This document shows positions 48,489 to 57,800 of a DNA stretch of 64,000 nucleotides, in pieces. The position numbers were made by a program, and so were the translations under genes. Source of the stretch: a bacterium UBP14_UBA6098 (lineage in GTDB: Bacteria > UBP14 > UBA6098); the NCBI GenBank assembly GCA_002428525.1, contig DIWU01000032.1, positions 1,269 to 65,268 of the forward strand, read 5' to 3'. Every line of letters starts with the position of its first letter. Position 1 is the stretch's first letter. Below the pieces are notes generated by a model. That model saw only the letters and a list, made by a program, of their open reading frames with translations, was not told where the DNA came from and did no database searches.

Positions 48489-50192
48489 ATGGCTCTTCGA
48501 CTCGGCGAGATGTTAATTAGAGCTGGTAGGATAACTCAAGCCCAACTCGACGAAGCCCTTGTGGCACAAAAGGATTCCGGCGAAAAACTCGGGCAGGTGC
48601 TTCTCAATCTCGGCTATATCCGCGACGAGAATGTCATCAACGAGTTCGTCGCGAAACAGCTCAATGTCGGCACAATCAAGCTCGAAGACCTCGAGCTGGA
48701 CCCCAATGTCGTCGAGCTGATCCCTGTCGATATCGCCCGCAAATTCTTTGTTATCGCAACGATCAAGGTCGGGCGAATGCTCTTCGTCGCAACCGAAGAC
48801 CCCACTAACCTTTTCGTCCTCGACACCCTGAAATTCGTGACGAACTGCGATATTCAGCCGGTGATGGCCACTAAAGGCCAGATTACCACCGCAATCGATA
48901 AGTATTACGGCTCGGATGTCGAAACCATCGACGATATTCTCGAGGACATGGCCGGTGAAGAAGACCTCGATGTTATCGAGGACAAAGACGACGATTTCTC
49001 CGAATCCGACCTCCAACAGGCAATCCAAGAAAAACCGCTTGTTAAATTAGTGAACTCGATTATCATGGACGCAATCCGCCGAAACGCCTCGGATATCCAT
49101 ATCGAGACCTTCGAGAAGCGAACCCGTTGCCGAATGCGTATCGACGGCCGCCTCTACGAGATGGCGCCGATGCCCTTCAGGCTTAGATACGCCGTTGTCA
49201 GCCGTATCAAGATCATGGCCAAGCTGAATATCTCGGAGCGAAGGCTTCCTCAGGACGGCAGAATCAAGGTTCACGCACAGGGCAGGTCTATCGACCTTCG
49301 TGTGTCCGTACTTCCGACGATCTTCGGGGAAAAGGTCGTTATGCGTCTCCTCGACCCGGAAACCCTCATGCTTGATGTCACGAAGCTGGGCTTCCCGAAG
49401 CGGGCGCTCAAAGAATTCAACAAGGCCATTCATATGCCATTCGGGATGGTGCTCGTCACGGGGCCTACAGGCTCGGGTAAAACGACTACGCTTTATTCGG
49501 CATTGAGCCAACTCAACACGCCGGAGATCAACATCATGACCGCGGAGGACCCGGTCGAGTTCAACCTCGACGGAATCAATCAGGTGCATATGCATTCCGA
49601 GATCGGACTCACCTTCGCCGCGGCGCTAAGAAGCTTCTTGCGTCAGGACCCCGATGTCATCCTCGTCGGCGAGATCCGCGACGGCGAAACCGCCTCGACG
49701 GCAATCAAAGCCGCTCTTACCGGTCATTTGGTCTTCAGCACGCTTCACACAAACGACGCCCCGAGCACGATCACAAGGCTTGTCGATATGGGCACGCCGC
49801 CGTTCTTGGTCGCCAGCTCGATCAGGCTGATCATGGCGCAGAGGCTTCTGCGGCGTGTATGCAAGTTCTGTAAACACGAGATAAAACCGGATCCGGAGAT
49901 GCTCGAGATCATCGGAATGAGCTCCGAGGACGCCGAAAAGGTGACCTTTTATGAAGGTGCCGGCTGTCCGCAGTGCAACGGCTCGGGATACAAGGGCCGT
50001 ATCGCGGTTTTCGAGGTCATGCCGATGTCAATCGGGCTTGAAAAGATGATTATCGAGGGTGCGAGCGCTCTCGAACTCAGCGAACAGGCCGCAAAGGACG
50101 GAATGAGAACGCTCCGTCAAGAGGCCATCAGGTTTATGATCGAGGGGATCACCTCGATAGAGCAGGTTATCACCGAAACAGCCGCTCATTAG
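48489..50192 (+). CDS. pilB: type IV pilus assembly ATPase PilB (GspE family)
   Basis: It has an N-terminal GSPII_E_N domain, Walker A GPTGSGKTT and a C-terminal tetracysteine CKFC...CPQC. The protein is 567 aa. Confidence 0.85.
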   Translation: MALRLGEMLIRAGRITQAQLDEALVAQKDSGEKLGQVLLNLGYIRDENVINEFVAKQLNVGTIKLEDLELDPNVVELIPVDIARKFFVIATIKVGRMLFVATEDPTNLFVLDTLKFVTNCDIQPVMATKGQITTAIDKYYGSDVETIDDILEDMAGEEDLDVIEDKDDDFSESDLQQAIQEKPLVKLVNSIIMDAIRRNASDIHIETFEKRTRCRMRIDGRLYEMAPMPFRLRYAVVSRIKIMAKLNISERRLPQDGRIKVHAQGRSIDLRVSVLPTIFGEKVVMRLLDPETLMLDVTKLGFPKRALKEFNKAIHMPFGMVLVTGPTGSGKTTTLYSALSQLNTPEINIMTAEDPVEFNLDGINQVHMHSEIGLTFAAALRSFLRQDPDVILVGEIRDGETASTAIKAALTGHLVFSTLHTNDAPSTITRLVDMGTPPFLVASSIRLIMAQRLLRRVCKFCKHEIKPDPEMLEIIGMSSEDAEKVTFYEGAGCPQCNGSGYKGRIAVFEVMPMSIGLEKMIIEGASALELSEQAAKDGMRTLRQEAIRFMIEGITSIEQVITETAAH

Positions 50193-50209
50193 GGCTTTTA
50201 GGAAGATCT

Positions 50210-51376
50210 TTGATAGAGACTCAAACATCGGTTAAAAGCGAGAGTTTACTGAAGATGCTTCTCGGAGAGATGATCCGAAAGCAGGCGACCGATATGCATA
50301 TATCGGCGGATAGCTCGCCGATGCTCAGGATCGACGGGAAGCTTATTATGATGCAATTGCGACCGTTTTCAGAAGAAATGACCAAGATGTTGGCCTATTC
50401 GCTTATGACCAACGCCCAAAGACGCAAATTCGAGCGAGATCTCGATCTCGATTTTTCTTTCGGGGTGAAGGGGCTTTCGAGGTTTCGTTGCAATGTTTTT
50501 CACCAGCGCGAATCGATAGCGATCTCGATAAAATCGATACCTTACGAAATAAAGACTCCGCAAGACCTCAGGATTCCACCGGAGGTTTTTCAATTCGGCG
50601 AGGTCAAGAACGGCTTGGTTTTAGTCACCGGCCCGAGAGGTTCCGGCAAATCCACGACCTTGAGCGCTTTGATCAAACGGCTTAACGAAGAGCGGCGCTC
50701 GCATATTCTAACTGTCGAAGACCCTATTGAACTTGTGTATAATTCGATGAGCGGAATAGTGAACCAGCGTGAGGTTTTGAAGGACACCAAGGCCTATGAG
50801 ATAGCCCTCGCATCGGTGCCGAGGCAGGATGTGGACATTCTGTTCGTTAGCGAAGCGAACGACGCCGAAAAACTGCTCTCCACCTTGAAGGTGGCCGATA
50901 TGGGCCTTTTGGTTTTTGCAACTATGCGTTCGAGAGACGCGGTGAGCGCGGTGATGAGGTTTATCGATCTGAATATGCCGTATTATCTGATAAACGGCGC
51001 TTTGAGGATGATCATCTCTCAGAGGTTGCTTCGACGAATATGCCCTAATTGCCGGCGCGTCGTGACCCCCGACGACGACCTTCTAAGGTCGATCGGGATC
51101 GATCCGATGAAGGTGAAAAACTACAATTTTTACCGGGGGTCGGGTTGCCCGAAATGCAACGGCACCGGTTATCAGGGAAGGATCCCTGTTTTCGAGTCTT
51201 TAAAAATAACGCCCGTCATAAGGACGATGATCCAAGCCGGAACCTCGGTGATCGAACTCTGGCGCGAGGCGGTGAACGAGGGCATGATACCCATGAGAAA
51301 AGTAGCGCTTAGATATATGCTCGAAGGCGAAACGACGCTCGATCAGGTCGCCTCGGAGACTATTAGTTACCAATAG
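50210..51376 (+). CDS. PilT-like retraction ATPase paralog carrying a GspE/PilB-type C-terminal tetracysteine zinc motif
   Basis: The PilT-like N-terminus reads ATDMHISADSSPMLRIDGKL. Walker A is GPRGSGKST. The C-terminus has CPNC...CPKCNGTGYQGRIPVFE. The exact start is uncertain (TTG 50210 or downstream). Confidence 0.75.
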   Translation: MIETQTSVKSESLLKMLLGEMIRKQATDMHISADSSPMLRIDGKLIMMQLRPFSEEMTKMLAYSLMTNAQRRKFERDLDLDFSFGVKGLSRFRCNVFHQRESIAISIKSIPYEIKTPQDLRIPPEVFQFGEVKNGLVLVTGPRGSGKSTTLSALIKRLNEERRSHILTVEDPIELVYNSMSGIVNQREVLKDTKAYEIALASVPRQDVDILFVSEANDAEKLLSTLKVADMGLLVFATMRSRDAVSAVMRFIDLNMPYYLINGALRMIISQRLLRRICPNCRRVVTPDDDLLRSIGIDPMKVKNYNFYRGSGCPKCNGTGYQGRIPVFESLKITPVIRTMIQAGTSVIELWREAVNEGMIPMRKVALRYMLEGETTLDQVASETISYQ

Positions 51377-51386
51377 AGGGAGAACC

Positions 51387-52604
51387 ATGCAGAAAGAAGA
51401 GCAAAACAATTTCGATCAGGGCGATGATTTTTTGGGGAGTGAACTGCCCGAAGAGATTAAGGATAAAAAACCCGCCCCGAAACCTTCGGACAATAAAACT
51501 CAAGCGCCACCGCCGAAGCGCGATCTCTCGATGCGCACACTGCTCGACGAGATGATCCACCGCGGTGCCTCGGATTTGCATATCACTGTTGGCTCGCCGC
51601 CGGTCTTTCGCCTCGACGGTAGCCTTCATAAGATGGCCGCGGATATTGTCACAGAGGATACCGCAAAGCGCTTCGCCTATTCGATCATGACCGAAAAACA
51701 AAAACAGCAATTTGAGGAGAACTGGGAGGTTGACCTTTCTTTCGGGATCAAGGGTCTCTCGCGCTTCAGATGCAATGCCTTCCTTCAGCGCGGCTCGGTT
51801 GCTTTAGCGGTTCGTGCGGTGCCGTTTAAGATTCACACGCTCGAAGAACTCGGTCTTCCCGCGACGGTTAACAAATTCTCGGATTACCCGCGCGGGCTTA
51901 TTCTCGTGTGCGGCCCTACAGGCTCGGGCAAATCGACAACGCTCGCCGCGATTATCGATAAGATCAACCGCGAGCGCCACGAGCATATTCTCACCGTCGA
52001 GGACCCGATCGAGTTCGTCCATCGCCATAAGAACTGCATTGTAAACCAGCGCGAGGTTCACAGCGACACTCTCTCCTTCTCCCGCGCCCTGAAATACGCC
52101 CTCCGCGAGGACCCCGATGTTGTCCTGATCGGCGAGATGCGCGATCTGGAGACGATCTCCTCCGCGCTGACAATCGCAGAAACAGGCCATTTGGCCTTCG
52201 CGACTCTGCACACAAACTCCGCCGCGGAAACTATCAACCGTATTATCGATGTCTTCCCTACGAACCAACAAACACAGGTCAGGGTTCAGCTTTCGTTCGT
52301 CCTGCAGGCTGTTCTTACACAGACCTTGGTGCCGAAGATCGGCGGCGGCCGCGTGGTTGCCACCGAGGTTATGGTCGCGACGGCCGCTATCCGCGCCCAG
52401 ATCCGCGACGACAAAGTTCATCAGCTCTATAGCTCGATTCAAGCCGGCGGGAAATATGGAATGCAGACCCTCAACTCGTCCCTCGCGGAACGCTATCTCG
52501 AGGGTGTCATCACTCTCGAGGATTGCCTCGGCCGTAGCCCCGACCAACAGGAGTTAAACGACATTATTGCCCGCAAGAGAATACAGAGCGAAGAGGGCAG
52601 ATAG
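51387..52604 (+). CDS. pilT: twitching-motility ATPase PilT (with an N-terminal extension of about 50 aa)
   Basis: GASDLHITVGSPPVFRLDG, GPTGSGKSTT and an AIRNLIRE-like region are present, and there is no C-terminal cysteine motif. Confidence 0.85.
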   Translation: MQKEEQNNFDQGDDFLGSELPEEIKDKKPAPKPSDNKTQAPPPKRDLSMRTLLDEMIHRGASDLHITVGSPPVFRLDGSLHKMAADIVTEDTAKRFAYSIMTEKQKQQFEENWEVDLSFGIKGLSRFRCNAFLQRGSVALAVRAVPFKIHTLEELGLPATVNKFSDYPRGLILVCGPTGSGKSTTLAAIIDKINRERHEHILTVEDPIEFVHRHKNCIVNQREVHSDTLSFSRALKYALREDPDVVLIGEMRDLETISSALTIAETGHLAFATLHTNSAAETINRIIDVFPTNQQTQVRVQLSFVLQAVLTQTLVPKIGGGRVVATEVMVATAAIRAQIRDDKVHQLYSSIQAGGKYGMQTLNSSLAERYLEGVITLEDCLGRSPDQQELNDIIARKRIQSEEGR

Positions 52605-52614
52605 GCGGTAAATT

Positions 52615-53814
52615 ATGCCTCAATTTAAATACGAGGGAAAAAGCGCGAGCGGCCAGATGGTCGAGGGGGTTCTCGAGGCGAGGAGCGCGGAGGAACTCAC
52701 CGCTTTTCTGAGACGGCAGAGAATCGTCGTCACGAAGATCAAGAAAAAGCCCAAGGCGATGAGTATGACAATCGGCACCGGCGTGAAGGCCGTCGAGATC
52801 TCGCGCTTCACCCGGCAGTTCGCGGTTATGATCGAGGCCGGTTTACCGCTGGTTCAATGTCTCGATATCCTCTCAGAGCAATCGGAGAATCCGGTTCTTG
52901 CTTCGACAATAGGCAAGGTCAGGGACACGGTTGCCTCAGGAACTACCCTCGCCGCGGCCCTCGCGAAGCATAAGAAGATATTCAACGAGCTCTACGTCAA
53001 CATGATCGAAGCCGGTGAAATAGGCGGCGCTCTCGAATCTATTCTCAGAAGGCTGGCGGATTATCAAGAAAAAGCGGACAGGCTCGCGCGAAAGGTCAAG
53101 GGCGCGCTCATCTATCCTGCTATGATGTTGGTCATGACTATCGGCATGACCTTCGTTATGCTCACATTCATTATCCCGATCTTCGCGGACATGTTCAACG
53201 AGCTTGGCGGAACCCTCCCCGCACCGACGAGATTTGTGATGTCGATCTCGAATGTGCTTGTCTCAAACCTTGTTTTCATTATTATCGGGGTTGCCGCTTT
53301 GATTGGCGCTTATGTTTTCTTCAACAGCAGAAAAGCCTCGCGGTATTATATCGATATGGCAAAACTGCAAATGCCGATGATCGGCTCGCTACTGAGAAAA
53401 ACAGCTGTCGCGAGATTCTGCCGAACACTCGGAACCCTGCTTCGAAGCGGTGTTAACCTCATCGACGCCCTGAATATCACCGCAAAAACCGCCGGAAACT
53501 TAGTCCTCACGAGGGCGATTCACAAATCGATGGTTTCTATCTCCGAGGGCGAGACTATCACCGCCCCGCTCGGCGAATCCAAGGTCTTCCCGACGATGGT
53601 GATTCAGATGATCGGCGTCGGCGAAAAGACCGGTAATATGGACGAGATGCTCGAGAAGATCGCGGAGTTCTACGACGAAGAGGTCGATGCGGCGGTATCC
53701 TCGCTCACCGCGATGATCGAGCCGGTGGTTATTGTCGTCATGGGAACGGTCATCGGAGGTATGCTTATCGCCATGTATCTTCCCATGTTCGATATTATCG
53801 GTCAGATTAAATAG
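52615..53814 (+). CDS. pilC: type IV pilus platform protein PilC (GspF family)
   Basis: It has two GspF repeats and three TM segments. The protein is 399 aa. Confidence 0.85.
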   Translation: MPQFKYEGKSASGQMVEGVLEARSAEELTAFLRRQRIVVTKIKKKPKAMSMTIGTGVKAVEISRFTRQFAVMIEAGLPLVQCLDILSEQSENPVLASTIGKVRDTVASGTTLAAALAKHKKIFNELYVNMIEAGEIGGALESILRRLADYQEKADRLARKVKGALIYPAMMLVMTIGMTFVMLTFIIPIFADMFNELGGTLPAPTRFVMSISNVLVSNLVFIIIGVAALIGAYVFFNSRKASRYYIDMAKLQMPMIGSLLRKTAVARFCRTLGTLLRSGVNLIDALNITAKTAGNLVLTRAIHKSMVSISEGETITAPLGESKVFPTMVIQMIGVGEKTGNMDEMLEKIAEFYDEEVDAAVSSLTAMIEPVVIVVMGTVIGGMLIAMYLPMFDIIGQIK

Positions 53815-53835
53815 CCGAAAGGAAAGCGATCACCG

Positions 53836-55620
53836 ATGTTCGATGAGACACGGGCGGAGAATATAGCCGGAACCTCGATCCCCTTCGAGCCTATCGACAC
53901 GGGCGATTACTTCCGGAGCAAGATCCGCTGGCTTCTCATCGCGCGATTCGCGATGTTTGTCTTCATCACCTCGGCGGTGTTGATTATTTTCGAAGGCAAA
54001 GGCCTGCTGTCAACCTTGCTCTTCTCCTACGGCCTTATCACTCTCGGCTATCTGCTGACCCTGTTCTATTGGGAAAAAACCCGCAGGGAACTCAGCTTTA
54101 GGTTTATTTGCGCTGTTCAGCTTTTCTTCGAGCTTTTGGTCGAGATAGGGATTATTCATTACTCCGGTGGCGCCGGGTCGCCTTTCATTCTGCTCTTCGC
54201 GCTATCGGTGATCACCTCGGCATTTATATTTCAACTGACAGGAACACTCATCACCGCCACCGGCTCGGTCCTGCTTCTCAGTGCGCTTGTGATTCTCGAA
54301 TACAGGGGCGTTATCGAGCTTGTCACCGACCGCTTTCCGATCACCGCGATGCTCTACACCGACGGCGACCTGCTGTTCTTAACGACCTATATTTACGCGC
54401 TCTTCATCTACCTCGTCGCGTTCATGATGGGCTATATATCCGGCAAATTGGGCGTCCGAACCGGAGAGCTGAAGGTGACCGGCGAGGCCCTGCGCCGAAT
54501 CAGTATGGACACCGACGACATACTCATGCATATGCGAAGCGGTCTCATCACACTCGACGCCGAGGGCAGAGTCGTTTATTTGAACAAGGCCGCGAGCGTG
54601 CTCTTGGGCATCGACGCGAAAAAGCTCAGGGGGAGGTTTCTCGACGAGATACTGCCTCCGGCCTCGAAGGTCTTCGCTACCAAGCTCGCCGAACTGCTCG
54701 GCGAGGGCGTTCACAGCGAGCGCACCGGCGAGTTCTTCCTGAAATCCGACGAGGGCATGCGGACAATGTATCTGACATGCAGTTTCCTCAATGCCCCCGA
54801 TGGCGGGCTTCGAGGGATAATCGCGCTTTTCGAGGATGTCACCGAACAGAAGCGGCGCGAGGTTTATCTCAAGGAGGTCGAGAAAATGGCCGCTATCGGC
54901 GAGCTTTCGGCCAGCCTCGCCCACGAGATTCGCAACCCGCTCGCCTCGATACGAGGCTCCGTCGAAACGATTATGAGCTCGGATAACTTCGCCGAGGGCG
55001 ATTACGAACGGCGCTTGATGAACCTCATCGTGAAAGAAACCGACCGACTCACCAACGTCCTCGAGGAATTCCTCGTTTTCGCGAGGCTCAAGGAACTCCC
55101 CGTCGATCACATCATATATAACAAAATCGATCTTTCGAGGCTGATCGCGGAGATCGTCCTGATGATTCGACATACCCCCGACTTCGCGGATCATATCGTA
55201 ATAGAGAACCTGCTCGAGGGCGAGCTTTGGACGCTCGGCCGCGAAGAGCAACTCAAAGACGCCTTTTACAACCTGATAATCAACGCAAAGGACGCAATCG
55301 GGAATCAACCGGGGACAATTCGTATCGAGCAGGCGCGCGAAAGATCGGGCTTCTACGCCGAAAAGCGCTTGATCGGAGTATGCATCAGCGACACCGGCCC
55401 GGGGATTCCCGAGGATATCCTGCCGCGGATATTCACACCCTTCTTCAGCACAAAACCGCGTGGAACCGGCCTCGGCCTCGCGATCGCTCAGGGGATAGTC
55501 AACCGCCATCGCGGTATTATCGAGGCTGAAAATATCGAAGGCGGAGGCGCCAGATTTACCGTATTTTTGCTCAAAGCGATCTCCCAACAGGAAAACCTTT
55601 TCGGACCTGATTCCATGTAA
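53836..55620 (+). CDS. PilS-like membrane sensor histidine kinase (multi-TM, PAS, HisKA, HATPase)
   Basis: It has about 6 N-terminal TM helices, a PAS domain, an H-box (ELSASLAHEIRNPL) and a G-box (GTGLGLAI). It sits directly downstream of pilC. Confidence 0.75.
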   Translation: MFDETRAENIAGTSIPFEPIDTGDYFRSKIRWLLIARFAMFVFITSAVLIIFEGKGLLSTLLFSYGLITLGYLLTLFYWEKTRRELSFRFICAVQLFFELLVEIGIIHYSGGAGSPFILLFALSVITSAFIFQLTGTLITATGSVLLLSALVILEYRGVIELVTDRFPITAMLYTDGDLLFLTTYIYALFIYLVAFMMGYISGKLGVRTGELKVTGEALRRISMDTDDILMHMRSGLITLDAEGRVVYLNKAASVLLGIDAKKLRGRFLDEILPPASKVFATKLAELLGEGVHSERTGEFFLKSDEGMRTMYLTCSFLNAPDGGLRGIIALFEDVTEQKRREVYLKEVEKMAAIGELSASLAHEIRNPLASIRGSVETIMSSDNFAEGDYERRLMNLIVKETDRLTNVLEEFLVFARLKELPVDHIIYNKIDLSRLIAEIVLMIRHTPDFADHIVIENLLEGELWTLGREEQLKDAFYNLIINAKDAIGNQPGTIRIEQARERSGFYAEKRLIGVCISDTGPGIPEDILPRIFTPFFSTKPRGTGLGLAIAQGIVNRHRGIIEAENIEGGGARFTVFLLKAISQQENLFGPDSM

Positions 55621-55636
55621 CTCATTGGGAGGAAAA

Positions 55637-56914
55637 ATGTTGAACAAGTCTATTATTGCCGCGCTGTGCCTTTATATCTTGACCGCGATGGCCTATTCGC
55701 TCAATCCCGATATTCCATACTACCCCGAGGGCACAGCCCCGAATCCGCCTAAAAATATGCTCGATGTCTATGTCCCGAGCGGGATTATCGAGGCGGCTCC
55801 CGTTTTGTTCTTCGTTCACGGCGGGACATGGACCTACGGCGACCGATCAGACTACACGGCCGTCGGCGCTTATCTTGCCGATCAAGAGGGCTATGTCACG
55901 GTCGTGATTTCATACAGCCTCAGCGATTCGCTCCATCCCGAGGTCTCGCACCCCGACCATATCCTCGATGTTGCGCAGGCCTTCAAATGGACTGTGGACA
56001 ATATTGCCGATTACGGCGGCGATCCCTCGCGCATCGTTGTGATCGGGCATTCCGCCGGAGCGCACCTCGCGACGTTGCTCGCTACCAACACGCGTTTTCT
56101 CGACTCGCTGTCGATCGGGATCGAGTCAATCAAGGCCGTTGTGTCATTCAATATGGGCATCTATGATATTCCCAAGCTCTATCGCGATTGCGGCATGCTC
56201 GGACCCACAGGATATAGCATGATGGGTTTTTCGGCGATCTTCGGCCCGATTGCCGACAGCTCCTTCAATTGGTATGACGCCTCGCCGAAGTATCATGTCT
56301 CCGAGGAAACTCCGCCTTTCGTGTTCTTCGTTTCGACAGCGGATATGGAACAGATCATCGGCGGCGACTTCGGCGGTTACGGTGTTCTGATTCTTCCCGG
56401 CGAGGTTCAGTTCACATACAGCGATTTCCGCGCCTATCAGCCTTCGGACACCTTTTGGCTCGTCGGCGACCACAACAGCGCATTCTCGGACTTTGTTTAC
56501 GATCGGCTCTCGCGCGGGCGGGTTCTGACTATGGCCTTCCTCGACGAGGTTTTCACTGGAATCGAGGAAGACAGGGACTTGCCGACAGACCTTGTGATTT
56601 CCGCCCACCCGAACCCCTTCAACTCCGCGGTGACGATTTCCCTCGACGGCGCGGCCATTTGTCATTCCCGCGAAAGCGGGAATCCAGAAGGCGTTCGCGT
56701 GGAGATTTTCGACCTCGCGGGGCGAATCGTCGAAACCCTCCGGCCTTCGGCCACCACCCTTGAAAAGGGAGGCCAAGAAATCCAAATTCTTGAGGGGGGT
56801 TCCGTCCTTTGGACACCCGCCCCCTCGGTCGGCTCGGGCGTATATCTCGTGCGTGTTGGGTTCGGCCCTTCGGACGTTAAGGCCGCGGCGAAGAGGCTGG
56901 TTTATCTGAAATAG
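55637..56914 (+). CDS. secreted alpha/beta-hydrolase (esterase/lipase) with T9SS C-terminal sorting domain
   Basis: A signal peptide is present. The HGGTW oxyanion motif and GHSAG nucleophile elbow are present. The C-terminus reads HPNPFNSAVTISL...EIFDLAGRIV...SGVYLVRV...K. The start is ATG 55637 after GGAGG. Confidence 0.7.
   Translation: MLNKSIIAALCLYILTAMAYSLNPDIPYYPEGTAPNPPKNMLDVYVPSGIIEAAPVLFFVHGGTWTYGDRSDYTAVGAYLADQEGYVTVVISYSLSDSLHPEVSHPDHILDVAQAFKWTVDNIADYGGDPSRIVVIGHSAGAHLATLLATNTRFLDSLSIGIESIKAVVSFNMGIYDIPKLYRDCGMLGPTGYSMMGFSAIFGPIADSSFNWYDASPKYHVSEETPPFVFFVSTADMEQIIGGDFGGYGVLILPGEVQFTYSDFRAYQPSDTFWLVGDHNSAFSDFVYDRLSRGRVLTMAFLDEVFTGIEEDRDLPTDLVISAHPNPFNSAVTISLDGAAICHSRESGNPEGVRVEIFDLAGRIVETLRPSATTLEKGGQEIQILEGGSVLWTPAPSVGSGVYLVRVGFGPSDVKAAAKRLVYLK
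56650..56676. repeat. 27-nt palindromic hairpin repeat (ATTCCCGC-GAAA-GCGGGAAT core) embedded in-frame in the esterase CTD
   Basis: TGTCATTCCCGCGAAAGCGGGAATCCAGAAG encodes CHSRESGNPE in the gene frame. The opposite strand encodes IPAFAGMT, the hallmark translation of a widespread small palindromic repeat. Confidence 0.6.
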
Positions 56915-57059
56915 CGAGTTTCACTCGAAAACCCGCTTTAAAGATCGAGTTCAACTCGGCAAAACTTCCTTCAAAGAATTAAGCTTTTCCGGCTTGATTT
57001 CGCTTTAATTCGCCAATTCTTTCAATATAATATGGCGAATTTACAAGCTGGAAAAACGC

Positions 57060-57779
57060 ATGAAAAAAACCGCTCAAAAGAAAAGACTTTTCAAAATAGT
57101 ATTGTTCGCGATCGCGCTTTTGCCCCTGCTTGCGGCGGCAAAGATCGCCTTCGCCGTTTATGTTCGCCCGAATATCGACAGCATCGAGAAGGGCTTTCCA
57201 AAGGAAACCGCTATGATGCGCCACAACGGCGACGCAGGCAAGGTCAAGCTTTCGCCGGTTCCGCTTTCGAGCATCTCGCCCAAGCTCATTCGCGCCGTGC
57301 TTTTGTCCGAGGATATCTCGTTCTTCTATCACAACGGTATCGACTGGGCGGAATTTCGCCTCTCGATGGAATATAACTGGAAGAGGAAGGAGATTCGCCG
57401 CGGCGGTTCGACAATCACGATGCAACTCGCGCGGAACCTTTTCCTGTCGCCGGCGAGAAATCCCTTCAGGAAAATCGAGGAGATGCTACTCGCAAAGCGC
57501 ATCGAACGCCGGCTTTCCAAGCGGCGCATTCTGGAGCTTTACCTGAATATCGCCGAGATGGGGCCTCATATCTATGGTATAGAGCCGGCCGCGCGGCACC
57601 ATTTCGGGGTCTCGCCATGGCAGTTGAGTGTCGAGCAATCCTGCGCGATCGCTTCTATCCTGCCCTCGCCGAAGAAATGGGATCCAGCCAATCCAAGCAA
57701 GGGCGTTCAAAAAAGGATAGATTCTTTGATCAAGCGTTATCAAACCTCACCGCTGAGGTTGCCGGAGGATCTTTCGTAA
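57060..57779 (+). CDS. mtgA: monofunctional biosynthetic peptidoglycan transglycosylase (GT51)
   Basis: It has an N-terminal TM anchor and the motifs EDISFFYHNGID and RGGSTITMQLARN. Confidence 0.85.
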   Translation: MKKTAQKKRLFKIVLFAIALLPLLAAAKIAFAVYVRPNIDSIEKGFPKETAMMRHNGDAGKVKLSPVPLSSISPKLIRAVLLSEDISFFYHNGIDWAEFRLSMEYNWKRKEIRRGGSTITMQLARNLFLSPARNPFRKIEEMLLAKRIERRLSKRRILELYLNIAEMGPHIYGIEPAARHHFGVSPWQLSVEQSCAIASILPSPKKWDPANPSKGVQKRIDSLIKRYQTSPLRLPEDLS

Positions 57780-57800
57780 AGTTAGGGGGTCTTTCTCGAT

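Noticed and set aside
56144-56785. 213-aa minus-strand ORF inside the esterase gene
   Set aside because: It is antisense to a well-supported gene. It is notable only because it reads IPAFAGMT across the palindromic repeat, which supports the repeat identification.
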